A program made the translations under genes and the position numbers. This document shows positions 16,615 to 25,521 of a stretch of 33,403 nt of DNA, piece by piece (position 1 is the first letter of the stretch; each line of letters starts with the position of its first letter). The notes beneath the pieces are model-generated. The model saw only the letters and a list, made by a program, of their open reading frames with translations. It ran no database searches and had not been told where the DNA came from. This DNA is from an uncultured Acidobacteriota bacterium (GTDB lineage: Bacteria > Acidobacteriota > Terriglobia > UBA7540). Location of the stretch: assembly GCA_964495535.1 (NCBI GenBank), contig CAZBWJ010000002.1, positions 6,828 to 40,230 of the forward strand, written 5' to 3'.

Positions 16615-18045
16615 ATGCGCAAGACGCGATTTATGACCATGCTCTTTTTGGTTTGGTCAATTGCCTTTTTCTTTGTCCCTGAGTTTCGGCAAGGCCTCGA
16701 GGCCCCCATCCTTGCAGTGAGCATTAGTGTGGGGAGCACAGACTTGCTGAGGGACGCCGGAACCGTGCCGCGCAGGGCGCTTGATGAATTTGCCCGGACT
16801 GCCGAGCAGCAAGGCGACGCGCGGACGTTGGCGTTCGTGGCGCTGCGCCACCCTAACGCGCAGGAGGTAGCGCGACTGGCTGAGCGAGCCGTTGCCCTGG
16901 ATCCGCAGTTGACCTGGATCTACTACTCGCTGCTGGTTTCCGACCCGGCGAATCCCTCGGCGGAACAATGGATTTCGCGCCTGGAGGCGTGGGACCCGGA
17001 GAACGCCATTCCCCATCTGATGCGTGGCGAACAAATCAGAGTGAGAGCGGGTGACAGATGGCCGAAGGTCCACCGCTTGGATGAACTTGCCAAGGAGACT
17101 GCCTGGCGTGAGGCCTTGCAGAAGGCTTTTGCGGCCCCGCGGTACGACTCGTACGCAGCCCGGCGGTTTGAATTGGAACGGTCCTGGCTCCGCCAACACG
17201 GGCTAGTCAGGCCTGCCGTTGTGCTCTGGTCTGTTGCTAGCTACCCGATTCCGAACATGATCAATATCCGCACTTACGGGAACCTGCTCGAAAAGAAGCT
17301 AGCCCAGGAGGCCGAACAGGCGGACCGCGCTCAGGAAGGTTTGAGCTACTGTTGGACGATCGCCCACATGGGCGAACGCATGCAGTTGTACAGCCTGTCG
17401 CTGCTGGAGAAAGCGATTGGCAGTGGCTTGCAGATCCAGGCCTACGAGCATCTCCTTCCTCTTCTGCGCCAGGGAGGCCGGGCCGACGAAGCTGCAACGG
17501 TTGAGTACGCGCTGCGGGCGCTGCGCCAACGTCAGGACATCTTCCGCGAGAAGGATCCTCTGGCCCAGAGCAGCAACTACAACTGGGCAACCCTGCTGGT
17601 GCACCTTTTCGCTGGGCTTGTCGTGGCGTTCGGTTTCCTCACGGTTCTCTGTGTGGTCTATGTCAACGCCAAGCGCTGGGTGCGCCCGGGGAAAAAGGGG
17701 CGACTCTACAACCTGCTTACCGTGGCCGAGAACTACATGCCGGTTCTCCTATTCCTGGCCTGCTTGGGCCTCTACTCCAGCTACTATCCCTTTGCCCGCA
17801 ACTTCCAGCACTACATGGCAGCGACCGGCGAGATTCACGACTTTGAAGCACTTTTCACCAACGTTGTCCCCGCCTTTGGCATTCTGCCGGGCAACGTCGA
17901 GCTGGGAGTTGGAGACCCGTTTCGCCCCTATGCATGGTATGCGCTCGTAGGCCTGCTGCTGGTTGTGCTGGCGGCGATCCCGTGGCGGCGCGGTGAGTAT
18001 CCGAAGGGGGTTTCGATCGAGGAGCACGGCGACAGCGAGGGTTAA
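16615..18045 (+). CDS. Hypothetical membrane protein (N-terminal TM, helical central domain, 3-4 C-terminal TMs)
   Basis: ATG at 16615 with GGAGG 6 nt upstream (MRKTRFMTMLFLVWSIAFFFV...). Hydrophobic segments near both ends. No recognisable domain. Confidence 0.55.
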   Translation: MRKTRFMTMLFLVWSIAFFFVPEFRQGLEAPILAVSISVGSTDLLRDAGTVPRRALDEFARTAEQQGDARTLAFVALRHPNAQEVARLAERAVALDPQLTWIYYSLLVSDPANPSAEQWISRLEAWDPENAIPHLMRGEQIRVRAGDRWPKVHRLDELAKETAWREALQKAFAAPRYDSYAARRFELERSWLRQHGLVRPAVVLWSVASYPIPNMINIRTYGNLLEKKLAQEAEQADRAQEGLSYCWTIAHMGERMQLYSLSLLEKAIGSGLQIQAYEHLLPLLRQGGRADEAATVEYALRALRQRQDIFREKDPLAQSSNYNWATLLVHLFAGLVVAFGFLTVLCVVYVNAKRWVRPGKKGRLYNLLTVAENYMPVLLFLACLGLYSSYYPFARNFQHYMAATGEIHDFEALFTNVVPAFGILPGNVELGVGDPFRPYAWYALVGLLLVVLAAIPWRRGEYPKGVSIEEHGDSEG

Positions 18046-18086
18046 CCTTCCGGTTCGGACCGATGATGCGCGGAAGCTGAGCTGTC

Positions 18087-18160
18087 TGGCTGGGAGGCAG
18101 GGATTCGAACCCCGATACGCAGATCCAGAGTCTGCAGTCCTACCGTTAGACGACCTCCCA
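18087..18160 (-). tRNA. tRNA-Gln (anticodon CTG), CCA encoded
   Basis: Reverse complement gives TGGGAGG-TC-GTCT-AACGGTA-GGAC-T-GCAGA-CTCTGGA-TCTGC-GTAT-CGGGG-TTCGAAT-CCCTG-CCTCCCA-G-CCA. This has a 7-bp acceptor stem, a 5-bp anticodon stem with loop CTCTGGA (anticodon CTG), and a TTCGAAT T-loop. Closely resembles E. coli tRNA-Gln. Confidence 0.85.
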
Positions 18161-18269
18161 GTGAAGAGGCTCTTCTACAAGTAACTGTGCGTGGCGTCTC
18201 CTGTCAAGCTTTCGTTTCGGATCTGGCAGGGGTGAAGACGACACAGACGAAGGAATAGCCGTGGGTGCT

Positions 18270-19400
18270 CTAGAAGAGGCGGAAGGTGACTTCGACCATG
18301 ACCCGCACGGGCACGGGGACGCCGTTGCGCGTGCCGGGCTTGAATTTCCAGGTGTGAATCGTCTCCAACGCTTTTTCGTCCAAGCCCAATCCCAGCGGTT
18401 TCACGACCCGCGCGTCAGCCACGCTGCCCTGAGTATCAACGATAATTAAGAGCACCACGGTGCCCTGGTACTTCGCCTTGCGCGCCTCTTCTGAGTAAGG
18501 GGGCTCCGGTTTGTAAATGGGAATCGGCGCGGTAACGCCTCCGCCGACACTATAGGCGCCGCCACCGAATCCACCGCCTTCGCCGGGGCCGAGGCCGCCA
18601 CCCCTGCCTGACCCAATGCCGGTTCCCTCACCGCTGCCAATCCCGCCGCCGAATCCCGGCCCGCTCGACGGTTGCCCCAGAACACCCTGGGGGTCTCCCC
18701 AAGGGGCGTTCATCGCCATCTGGGGCAGTTTCAGTTCGGGCGGACCCAATAAGGTCGGCTGGACTGCCAGCTTGGGATTAAGGTTCGGGAGCACGGCCAT
18801 GGGAGGAGCAAGCTGCTGCTGGGCGAACTTGGGAATTGCGCCTTTGGATGCGGGCGTCGGGGAGCGGTCGCCACCGCCTCCGCCCCCACCCATCTTCTCG
18901 TCAGGCCCGGTAAGCTGGCCGAGGTAGGGCGAAATATCCACTAAGCTGTACTTGGTAGCAGCTTTCACGGGGGTCAGCATTCGCCCGATCGCAAACGGCA
19001 GGACCAGGGCCGCCAATGCCACCGCATGCACCAGAAGGGAGTTGACCCAGGAGGCTGGCTGCTGCGGGTAGTCCTGCCAGATGTTCGGAACCTCGATCGG
19101 CTGAGAGGTCAGCGGAACGGGCGGCGCCTTGGGCTTCTCAAACAGAGCCCGGAACAGGTCAGGAAGGTCGCGGTACCAAGGGCGCATTTCGGTCACGGGG
19201 AGCCTTGCCTCGCCCCGATAGTATTTCTGCGGCACCGTGATCTTGGGCTCGCGCCACAAGTCGCGGATCTGACGGAAGGCAGAAACGAAAACGTTGGGAG
19301 TTTCGACAAAGGTGAGTTGGTAAACCGGCTCGGGCAGCTTGGTTTGGCCCGCAGTCGGCTGCTCCAACCCAACTCCGACGTGAAGATCGCTAGACGGCAT
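18270..19400 (-). CDS. TonB-family energy transducer (C-terminal TonB_C domain) with Gly-rich linker
   Basis: C-terminus YSEEARKAKYQGTVVLLIIVDTQGSVADARVVKPLGLGLDEKALETIHTWKFKPGTRNGVPVPVRVMVEVTFRL is a clear TonB C-terminal domain. Single TM (SLLVHAVALAALVLPFAI). The linker is Gly-rich (GGGGGGG, GFGGGIGSGEG...) rather than Pro-rich. The long cytoplasmic N-terminus leaves the start uncertain (alternative Met about 19187). Confidence 0.75.
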   Translation of the reverse strand: MPSSDLHVGVGLEQPTAGQTKLPEPVYQLTFVETPNVFVSAFRQIRDLWREPKITVPQKYYRGEARLPVTEMRPWYRDLPDLFRALFEKPKAPPVPLTSQPIEVPNIWQDYPQQPASWVNSLLVHAVALAALVLPFAIGRMLTPVKAATKYSLVDISPYLGQLTGPDEKMGGGGGGGDRSPTPASKGAIPKFAQQQLAPPMAVLPNLNPKLAVQPTLLGPPELKLPQMAMNAPWGDPQGVLGQPSSGPGFGGGIGSGEGTGIGSGRGGGLGPGEGGGFGGGAYSVGGGVTAPIPIYKPEPPYSEEARKAKYQGTVVLLIIVDTQGSVADARVVKPLGLGLDEKALETIHTWKFKPGTRNGVPVPVRVMVEVTFRLF

Positions 19401-19772
19401 CTATCAAGATTCCTGGCTGCCCCACACCACCCCGCGGCCCGGGCGGGTCAATCCGCGTCTCCCTCTCCATGATGTGCCCCGGGGCAAGGGAGTTGCCTCC
19501 GAACGGGAGATCTTTCTGAGTCATCGCGGCCAAATTCCGCGGCCTTCTCCAATTACTTTACCACATCCCGCCCGGGGGCCGTGAGGCAAAATCAGCTCCC
19601 ATGGCCCGGCGGTCTCCCTCCTTCTTTGACGCGACAGACTCGGCGCAAGTTGCGAGGAATTTCACGGCTTGGCGCCCTTTGAAATCCCCTTGAGATTCTT
19701 GCCGTTACGGCGCAAGGTGTGCTACTTTGCTGAGTTCCCGATCGGCTGCGCTTGCCCGACAGTGGGATATAG

Positions 19773-20219
19773 ATGCGGGCGGACGGCGCGATCTTGAAAC
19801 CCATGGGCAAGAAAGCGGTAGAGGCAGAAGTAGCAGCGAAGCCGAAAGCTGACCGTGGCGTTCTGGTGCGGCTCTGCGTGGCGGCATGGCTGATTCCAGG
19901 CTTCGGTCACCTGCTTCTCGGCCGCAAATCGCGGGCGCTGGTCCTGTTCGCATCCATCCTCTGCATGTTCCTGCTCGGCATCGTCATGCAGGGCAAGCTC
20001 TTTTCAGTGCATTCCCCTTCGTACCTGCAAACGCTCGGCTTTTTCGGCGAGATGTGCGTGGGTGTAGCTATGCCCGCCGCCCTGTTCTTCGGCTACTCAG
20101 GCGGCGACCCGTATTTCGTGAGTTCCGATTTTGGCACGGCTTTTCTGGTGGCCGCCGGGATGCTCAACGTGCTGACAGTTCTCGACGCTTGCGACATTGC
20201 TTTGGGACGCAAACCCTGA
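19773..20219 (+). CDS. Small membrane protein, TM2-domain-like (GxGxH..LG motif)
   Basis: 148 aa. CVAAWLIPGFGHLLLGRKSRALVLFASILCMFLLG resembles the TM2 domain core (G.HRFYLG). Second hydrophobic helix follows. Weak RBS. Start uncertain. Confidence 0.4.
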   Translation: MRADGAILKPMGKKAVEAEVAAKPKADRGVLVRLCVAAWLIPGFGHLLLGRKSRALVLFASILCMFLLGIVMQGKLFSVHSPSYLQTLGFFGEMCVGVAMPAALFFGYSGGDPYFVSSDFGTAFLVAAGMLNVLTVLDACDIALGRKP

Positions 20220-20300
20220 AGAACAGTGACCAGTGACGGGTAGAAGCGACCAGGGTGGCCCTTGCCACTCGTCACTTCTAACTTGTCACTGCCTTTGCAT

Positions 20301-20477
20301 ATGGCGCTTTCACACTTCTCTGCAATGCTGCTTTTCGCATTCCTGGTCTCCGTGGTTTTCGGAGTCCTCAGCAAAGACACACCCCGCGAACAGTTGATCT
20401 ATGGCGCCAAGGTCTTTGGCGCTTTCGTTGGCATAGCCATCCTGCTGGGGTGGATCATGTATCCTGTGCCGTGGTGA
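20301..20477 (+). CDS. Possible small two-helix membrane protein (about 58 aa)
   Basis: MALSHFSAMLLFAFLVSVVFGVLSK...VFGAFVGIAILLGWIMYPVPW. Two hydrophobic helices. No clear RBS. Could be non-coding. Confidence 0.25.
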   Translation: MALSHFSAMLLFAFLVSVVFGVLSKDTPREQLIYGAKVFGAFVGIAILLGWIMYPVPW

Positions 20478-20728
20478 TTGAGCCATCGGGTAAGGTTGTG
20501 GCCGGTTGAACTCACGCCTCCGTACCTGAACGACTTCACTTTGAAATTGCCGTGACGCAATATGCGGGAGGGCCGAGCGCGGCGGGGATTGGATTAGGCG
20601 AGTTTCTGTGACGCCTTGACTTGGCTCAGGCGCGGCCTTAGAGTAGGCACCACTTGTAGTCAGTTTCGTCCGCACAGCGGCAGTCCCGCTGAGGGACCCT
20701 GCGCGATAGCAATGCGGAGGCCATCGTC

Positions 20729-21271
20729 ATGATTCTGCTCGCGGGAGTTGGGCCTTTTATCACCTTTCTTGCCATTGCGGCCTTTGGGTTTGTGTTCCTG
20801 CTGGCCAGCGCCGTCTTTGGCGATTTGTTCGAGCACGGAGATTTTGATCACGATACGGATGTCCACGGCGGCGGGCCCAGCGTTCTGAGCGGCCGCGTCA
20901 TGAGCGTATTTGTGACGGCGTTCGGGGCCTTTGGCGCCATCGGGACTCATCTGGGTTATGGCGTCGGGCCCAGCACGGCGATGGGCTTCGGAGGCGGGAT
21001 AGCCTTCGCGGCGGTGATATATCTGTTCGCGAGCTTCCTGTACAGCCAGCAGGCCACGAGCCATGTCCGAGTGAGTGACTTGGTGGGGTGCACGGGTGAG
21101 GTCAGTGTAGCCATTCCCAAGGGCGGCTTGGGGCAGGTCCGTTGCACGCTGGGTGATACGGTCGTCGAGAAAATCGCCCGCGCCAAGGACAACGAGGAAA
21201 TTCCGGCGAACACGCTGGTGAAGATTGAAGAGATTGTCGGCGAGACCGTAATAGTTCGGCGCGCCGAATGA
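20729..21271 (+). CDS. NfeD-family protein (short form: membrane helices plus C-terminal OB-fold), partner of the flotillin/SPFH protein
   Basis: 180 aa. N-terminal hydrophobic helices. C-terminal beta-barrel segment GCTGEVSVAIPKGGLGQVRCTLGDTVVEKIARAKDNEEIPANTLVKIEEIVGETVIVRR, typical of YuaF/NfeD. GGAGG RBS. Immediately upstream of the flotillin gene. Confidence 0.8.
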   Translation: MILLAGVGPFITFLAIAAFGFVFLLASAVFGDLFEHGDFDHDTDVHGGGPSVLSGRVMSVFVTAFGAFGAIGTHLGYGVGPSTAMGFGGGIAFAAVIYLFASFLYSQQATSHVRVSDLVGCTGEVSVAIPKGGLGQVRCTLGDTVVEKIARAKDNEEIPANTLVKIEEIVGETVIVRRAE

Positions 21272-21344
21272 TTCTGTGCAGGTCCGAACCACCCTGGGGC
21301 AGAGACCTGCAACCAGCCGGCACAGGTAACTGAGAGGAGAAAAC

Positions 21345-22943
21345 ATGCCGTTTCAACCATTCGTCATCTTCCTGGCGGCAATTGCGGCTATTGCGCTGCT
21401 CATTGCGATATCGCGGTTTGCCAAGAACTACATCAAGGTGCCGCCCAACGCCGTAGCCATCATCAGTGGCCGCAAGCACCGGCAGCCGGACGGCAGTGTA
21501 AAGGGCTACCGCATGGTGGTGGGAGGCGCAGCCTTCAAATGGCCACTGCTCGAACAGGTGGATTACCTCCGGCTGAACGTCTTCACTATCCCGCTCGAAA
21601 TCAAACGGGCTTACACGCTGAAGGGCGTGCCGATCTCGGTGAAAGCGGTGGCCAACGTCAAGATCAAGGGCGACAACATATCCTTGTCCGCGGCCGCCGA
21701 ACGCTTCCTCGGCATGCCCCCCGAGCAGATCCAGCGGGTCATCTTCCAAACCCTGGAAGGCCACCTGCGGTCCATTCTCGGCACATTGACCGTGGAGGAA
21801 GTCAACAGCGATCGCGCCAGCTTCGCGCAAAAGTTGACTTCGGAAGCTGCTGTTGACTTGCAACGGATGGGCATTGGCGTGGACGTCCTGACGGTTCAGG
21901 AAATCAGCGATGAGGAAGGCTACCTCGATGCCCTCGGCAAGAAGCGGACGGCGGAAGTGAAGCGCGACGGAACTATCGGCGAAGCCGAGGCGACGCGTGA
22001 CGCCAAGATCAAATCTGCCCTGGCCATGCAGGAAGGCGAAAAGGCGAAGTTTGATGCCGATGCCAATATCGCTGCGGCCCAGCGTGACTTCCAGGTGAAG
22101 CAGGCGCAGTTTCAGGCTGAGGTAGAGACGGAGAAGGCGCGGGCCGCCCAGGCCGGCCCGCTTTCGGAAGCGAAAGCGAAGCAGGCCGTCGTGGCCGAGG
22201 AAGTGCGGATCGATAAGGCACGAACCCAGGAACAGATCTCCGTCCAGGAGCAGGAAATCCAGCGCAAGCAGAAGGAATTGGAAGCCACCGTCGTGCGGCC
22301 GGCGGAGGCCGAGCGGCAAGCCGCCATTCTCCGCGCCGAGGCGAAAAAGCAAGCGTCCATCCTGGAAGCCGAAGGCCAGAAGTCGGCCCAGATCGCCCTG
22401 GCCGACGCCCAGCAGACGAAGCTCAGACAGGAAGGGTTGGGCCGCGCCGCCGCGGTGGAAGCCGAAGGTCGCGCCGAGGCTGCCAAGGTTGAGGCTATCG
22501 GCTTGGCGCAGGCCCGTGCCATCGAGGCCCAGGGCGTCGCCGAAGCGCAGGCTATCCTGAAGAAAGCTGAAGCCTGGCAGCAGTTCAATGACGCGGCCAA
22601 ACTCCAAACCATCTTGGAGAAGCTCCCGAGTGTCTTGCAGGCTTCGGCGGGAATCTTCGGAGCCGTCGCGGCGCCGCTGGGGAACATTGACAAGGTCGTG
22701 GTCATCGAGCAGGGCGGCGGGGGAGACAGCGGCGGAACCGGCGGCATTGGGCGCATCGCCCGCACGGGGCCGGCGCTGGTCTTCAGTCTGCTCCAGCAAT
22801 TGCAGGCACTGGGGCTGGATATTCCCACTGTGCTTTCGCAGCTCAGCGGCGAGGGCGGGAGGCTACCCGCGGCGCCAAAGCCGGCCGCAGAAGCCCCGGC
22901 AGCAAAAGCCCCTGCCAGCGGGACCGAGGGTAAGGCGAAGTAG
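21345..22943 (+). CDS. Flotillin-family SPFH/Band-7 protein (FloT/YuaG-like)
   Basis: 532 aa. N-terminal membrane hairpin, SPFH domain (VPPNAVAIISGRK...YLRLNVFTIPLEIKRAYTLKGVPISVKAVANVKIKGD), long EA-rich coiled-coil 'flotillin' repeats, Gly-rich C-terminus. GAGGAG RBS. Confidence 0.9.
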   Translation: MPFQPFVIFLAAIAAIALLIAISRFAKNYIKVPPNAVAIISGRKHRQPDGSVKGYRMVVGGAAFKWPLLEQVDYLRLNVFTIPLEIKRAYTLKGVPISVKAVANVKIKGDNISLSAAAERFLGMPPEQIQRVIFQTLEGHLRSILGTLTVEEVNSDRASFAQKLTSEAAVDLQRMGIGVDVLTVQEISDEEGYLDALGKKRTAEVKRDGTIGEAEATRDAKIKSALAMQEGEKAKFDADANIAAAQRDFQVKQAQFQAEVETEKARAAQAGPLSEAKAKQAVVAEEVRIDKARTQEQISVQEQEIQRKQKELEATVVRPAEAERQAAILRAEAKKQASILEAEGQKSAQIALADAQQTKLRQEGLGRAAAVEAEGRAEAAKVEAIGLAQARAIEAQGVAEAQAILKKAEAWQQFNDAAKLQTILEKLPSVLQASAGIFGAVAAPLGNIDKVVVIEQGGGGDSGGTGGIGRIARTGPALVFSLLQQLQALGLDIPTVLSQLSGEGGRLPAAPKPAAEAPAAKAPASGTEGKAK

Positions 22944-22953
22944 CCGTTAGCTA

Positions 22954-22980
22954 GGAGTCAGGAGTCAGAAGGTAGAAGGA
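22954..22980. repeat. Solo copy of the AGGAGTCAGGAGTCAGAAGG(TAGAAGG) short-repeat motif just after the flotillin stop; an AACTGACA x3 tandem follows at 23031-23065
   Basis: Read directly. The 13-mer AGGAGTCAGAAGG is identical to the inverted-repeat termini at 31862-31874 / 31974-31986. Confidence 0.55.
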
Positions 22981-23109
22981 ACTCCCTAGCGGGTTAAGGT
23001 GTGAGGATAAGCTGCGGGACGCCGCCGGTTGGGAACTGACCACTGACAACGGGCAACTGACAACCGTCGCGCTGTTGCTTTCTGCTCAAGCGTGGACGCC
23101 GACCGTGGG

Positions 23110-23583
23110 ATGAAGAGCATGTCTTCCTATCAAGCCTCGTCGAAAGTTAACCGCGCCAAGACGGATGTTCTCGTTGTCCATTGCAGCGACCATCGCTTTC
23201 AGGCTGGGCTTTATGAGTTCTTGAACCTGAGCCTGAACCTCAACGAGAACTACGACCTCCTGGTCATTCCCGGTGGGCCGCAGTGCCTGACGCTGGTCGA
23301 ATACCTGCCGAAATTCTCCTGGGCAAGCTTGAAGTGGTTTCGGTTCCTGGTGGAAGAGCATGAGCTCAAGCGCTTGATTCTGATTGCCCACGAGGACTGC
23401 GGTTGGTATAAAGCACTGCCTTTTCACCTGCACGAGTCATCCGAGCCGCGTCGCCGTCAGGAAGAAGACTTGCGGCGCGTGAAGCGGGCACTGGCAAAGG
23501 ATTTCCCGGAACTGCACCTCGAGCTCTATTATGCCGGCTGGGACGTGAACGACCGGATCACCATCGAGCCCATTTCAGCCTGA
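23110..23583 (+). CDS. Hypothetical protein with beta-carbonic-anhydrase-like zinc-ligand motifs (C-S-D-H-R ... H-E-D-C-G)
   Basis: About 157 aa from the ATG at 23110 (ORF track begins at GTG 23092). VVHCSDHRF and LIAHEDCGWY recapitulate the beta-CA C.D.R / H..CG metal-site pattern with about 69-residue spacing, but the (K/R)NAGN segment is absent. Stop TGA overlaps the next ATG (TGATG at 23581-23585). Confidence 0.5.
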   Translation: MKSMSSYQASSKVNRAKTDVLVVHCSDHRFQAGLYEFLNLSLNLNENYDLLVIPGGPQCLTLVEYLPKFSWASLKWFRFLVEEHELKRLILIAHEDCGWYKALPFHLHESSEPRRRQEEDLRRVKRALAKDFPELHLELYYAGWDVNDRITIEPISA

Positions 23584-24842
23584 TGCCCACCAATCTCCAG
23601 ATTGCCTATAACGGCGCCATGGTCCTGCTGATGGGCCTCCTTATCGGGCTCGAACGGGAGCACTCCCAGGCCGAGGACGAGCCGCTGTTCGCCGGGGTGC
23701 GCACGTTCCCTCTCATCACACTGATTGGGTTTGTGTCTGGCCTGGTGGCGAGGGTGGGGTCGGCGTGGGTGTTGCCCGTGGCGCTGGCCGGGGTGGGCGC
23801 CATGGCGGTGGCGTCTTACACAGTCAAGGCCCGCGGCCCGCATCGGGGCGCAACCACAGAGTTCGTGGCGCTTCTGGCCTTCGTCCTGGGAGCGCTCACG
23901 GCGTTTGATTACCTGATTCCCGCCGCCACCTTTGCCGTCGTAACCACGCTCATCCTCTCCATGAAGGCGCCGCTGCACCAGTTGGCGGAGAAGATTCAGA
24001 AAGATGAGATCTTTGCCATCCTGAAATTCGGGATTGTCACCGTTATTGTGCTGCCTCTGCTGCCCAACCGCGCTTTCGGGCCTTTCGAGGTTCTCAATCC
24101 TCGCCTGATATGGTGGCTGGTGGTCCTGATTTCGGCCATCAGCATGGTGGGTTATGTCTTGATGCGTTTCTGGGGGGCGCGGCAAGGGATCGCGGTGACA
24201 GGGTTCTTGGGCGGGCTGGCCTCCAGCACGGCTGTGACCTTTGGCCTGGCGCGGAAAGCCCGCGACGCCGAGGCTTCCACGGCGCGATATTTCGCGCTCG
24301 GTATCGTCATCGCTTCGACCATTATGTTCGCGCGCGTGCTGTTCCTGGCCTCGGTGATCTACCCGGCGCTGGGTTGGTCGCTGGCGTTGCCTATCGCTGT
24401 CCCGGCGATGCTGGGCGTCGTCCTGGGCCTCGTTCTATGGAGGAAGAAAGAGAGCCAGGCGGAGGCAAAGCTCGAGGTGAAAAACCCGATGGAGCTTGGC
24501 CAGGCGCTCCAGTTCGGCCTGCTATTTGCCGTGGTGCTTTTTGGGGCGAGAGCAGCGCACTTCTACTTTGGCTCGGCGGGCGTCTATGTGGCGAGCGCGT
24601 TAGCAGGGCTGACCGACGTGGACGCTATCACGGTCTCTGCCGCGCGCTTGGCTATGGACCATGTTCTCTCTCCCAGTACAGCCAACGCCTCGATTCTCCT
24701 GGCCTGCGCCACCAACACCCTGGTGAAAGGGGGCATCGCCCTGGTGATTGGCGGCCGGCCGCTTCGACCCATCATCGGCCCGATTTTCCTCGCCCTTTTC
24801 CTAGTTTCCCTGGCGGCGTGCCTGGTGGTCGCCGTGCTGTAA
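23583..24842 (+). CDS. MgtC/SapB-family membrane protein with C-terminal DUF4010-like polytopic domain
   Basis: 419 aa. N-terminal LLMGLLIGLEREHS (MgtC GxERE motif), then about 10 further TM helices. Translationally coupled (1-nt overlap) to the upstream CA-like ORF. Confidence 0.8.
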   Translation: MPTNLQIAYNGAMVLLMGLLIGLEREHSQAEDEPLFAGVRTFPLITLIGFVSGLVARVGSAWVLPVALAGVGAMAVASYTVKARGPHRGATTEFVALLAFVLGALTAFDYLIPAATFAVVTTLILSMKAPLHQLAEKIQKDEIFAILKFGIVTVIVLPLLPNRAFGPFEVLNPRLIWWLVVLISAISMVGYVLMRFWGARQGIAVTGFLGGLASSTAVTFGLARKARDAEASTARYFALGIVIASTIMFARVLFLASVIYPALGWSLALPIAVPAMLGVVLGLVLWRKKESQAEAKLEVKNPMELGQALQFGLLFAVVLFGARAAHFYFGSAGVYVASALAGLTDVDAITVSAARLAMDHVLSPSTANASILLACATNTLVKGGIALVIGGRPLRPIIGPIFLALFLVSLAACLVVAVL

Positions 24843-24885
24843 ATGCCATCCGCCGCCGCGAACTGTCTGCTGGAGAACGTCGCGA

Positions 24886-25464
24886 ATGACTCTCTCGCCG
24901 CGTTTCGAAGAAGCCCTGATCTATGCCGCTCGCCTCCATGGCAGCCAACTCCGCAAAGGTGGGAGCATTCCTTACGTCGCGCATTTGCTCGGGGTGGCCA
25001 GCATCGCCCTCCAGTACGGCGCGAATGAGGAGGAAGCCATCGCTGCCTTGCTCCACGACGCGGTTGAAGATCAGGGCGGGGCAACCACCCGCGAGGAGAT
25101 CCGTCGCCGCTTCGGAGACAAGGTTGCCGAGATCGTGGACGGCTGCACCGACGCGGATTCCTTCCCGAAACCGCCCTGGAAGCGTCGGAAGGAGGCGTAC
25201 GTCGCTCATATCCGCAAAGCCCCGGCGTCGGTGCGCCTGGTCTCGGCCTGCGACAAGTTGCAGAACGCGCGGGCCATTCTTGCCGACTATCGGGCCTTGG
25301 GAGATTCGCTGTGGCGGCGGTTTAGCGGAGGGAAGGACGGAACCCTGTGGTACTACCGCGCGCTGGTTCAGGCTTTCCGCGAGGCGGGCACCAGCCCCCT
25401 CATCGAAGAATTGGCTCGCGTTGTCTCCGAGATTGAACGCCTCGCGTCCGCTCAGTCAAACTGA
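24886..25464 (+). CDS. HD-domain phosphohydrolase, RelA/SpoT-homolog small alarmone hydrolase (Mesh1-like) candidate
   Basis: 192 aa. YVAHLLGVASIA...EEAIAALLHDAVEDQG matches the (p)ppGpp-hydrolase HD motif (H..HD..ED) of SpoT/Mesh1. Length fits stand-alone SAH proteins. GGAGAA RBS. Confidence 0.65.
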   Translation: MTLSPRFEEALIYAARLHGSQLRKGGSIPYVAHLLGVASIALQYGANEEEAIAALLHDAVEDQGGATTREEIRRRFGDKVAEIVDGCTDADSFPKPPWKRRKEAYVAHIRKAPASVRLVSACDKLQNARAILADYRALGDSLWRRFSGGKDGTLWYYRALVQAFREAGTSPLIEELARVVSEIERLASAQSN

Positions 25465-25521
25465 TTTGCAGTCCAGGGCATACCCTCGCTTGCGTTCCCA
25501 CCAAATCAAAACGGGAGTCAG

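Noticed and set aside
20224-20291. Imperfect inverted repeat CAGTGACCAGTGAC ... GTCACTTCTAACTTGTCACTG between the TM2-like gene and the small ORF
   Set aside because: Arms are short and interrupted with no T-run. Most likely another instance of the short intergenic repeats rather than a distinct terminator or element.
24843-25028. 61-aa ORF between the MgtC-family gene and the HD gene
   Set aside because: It starts one base after the upstream stop with no RBS, overlaps the better-supported HD-domain gene start (24886, GGAGAA RBS), and has no protein-like features.
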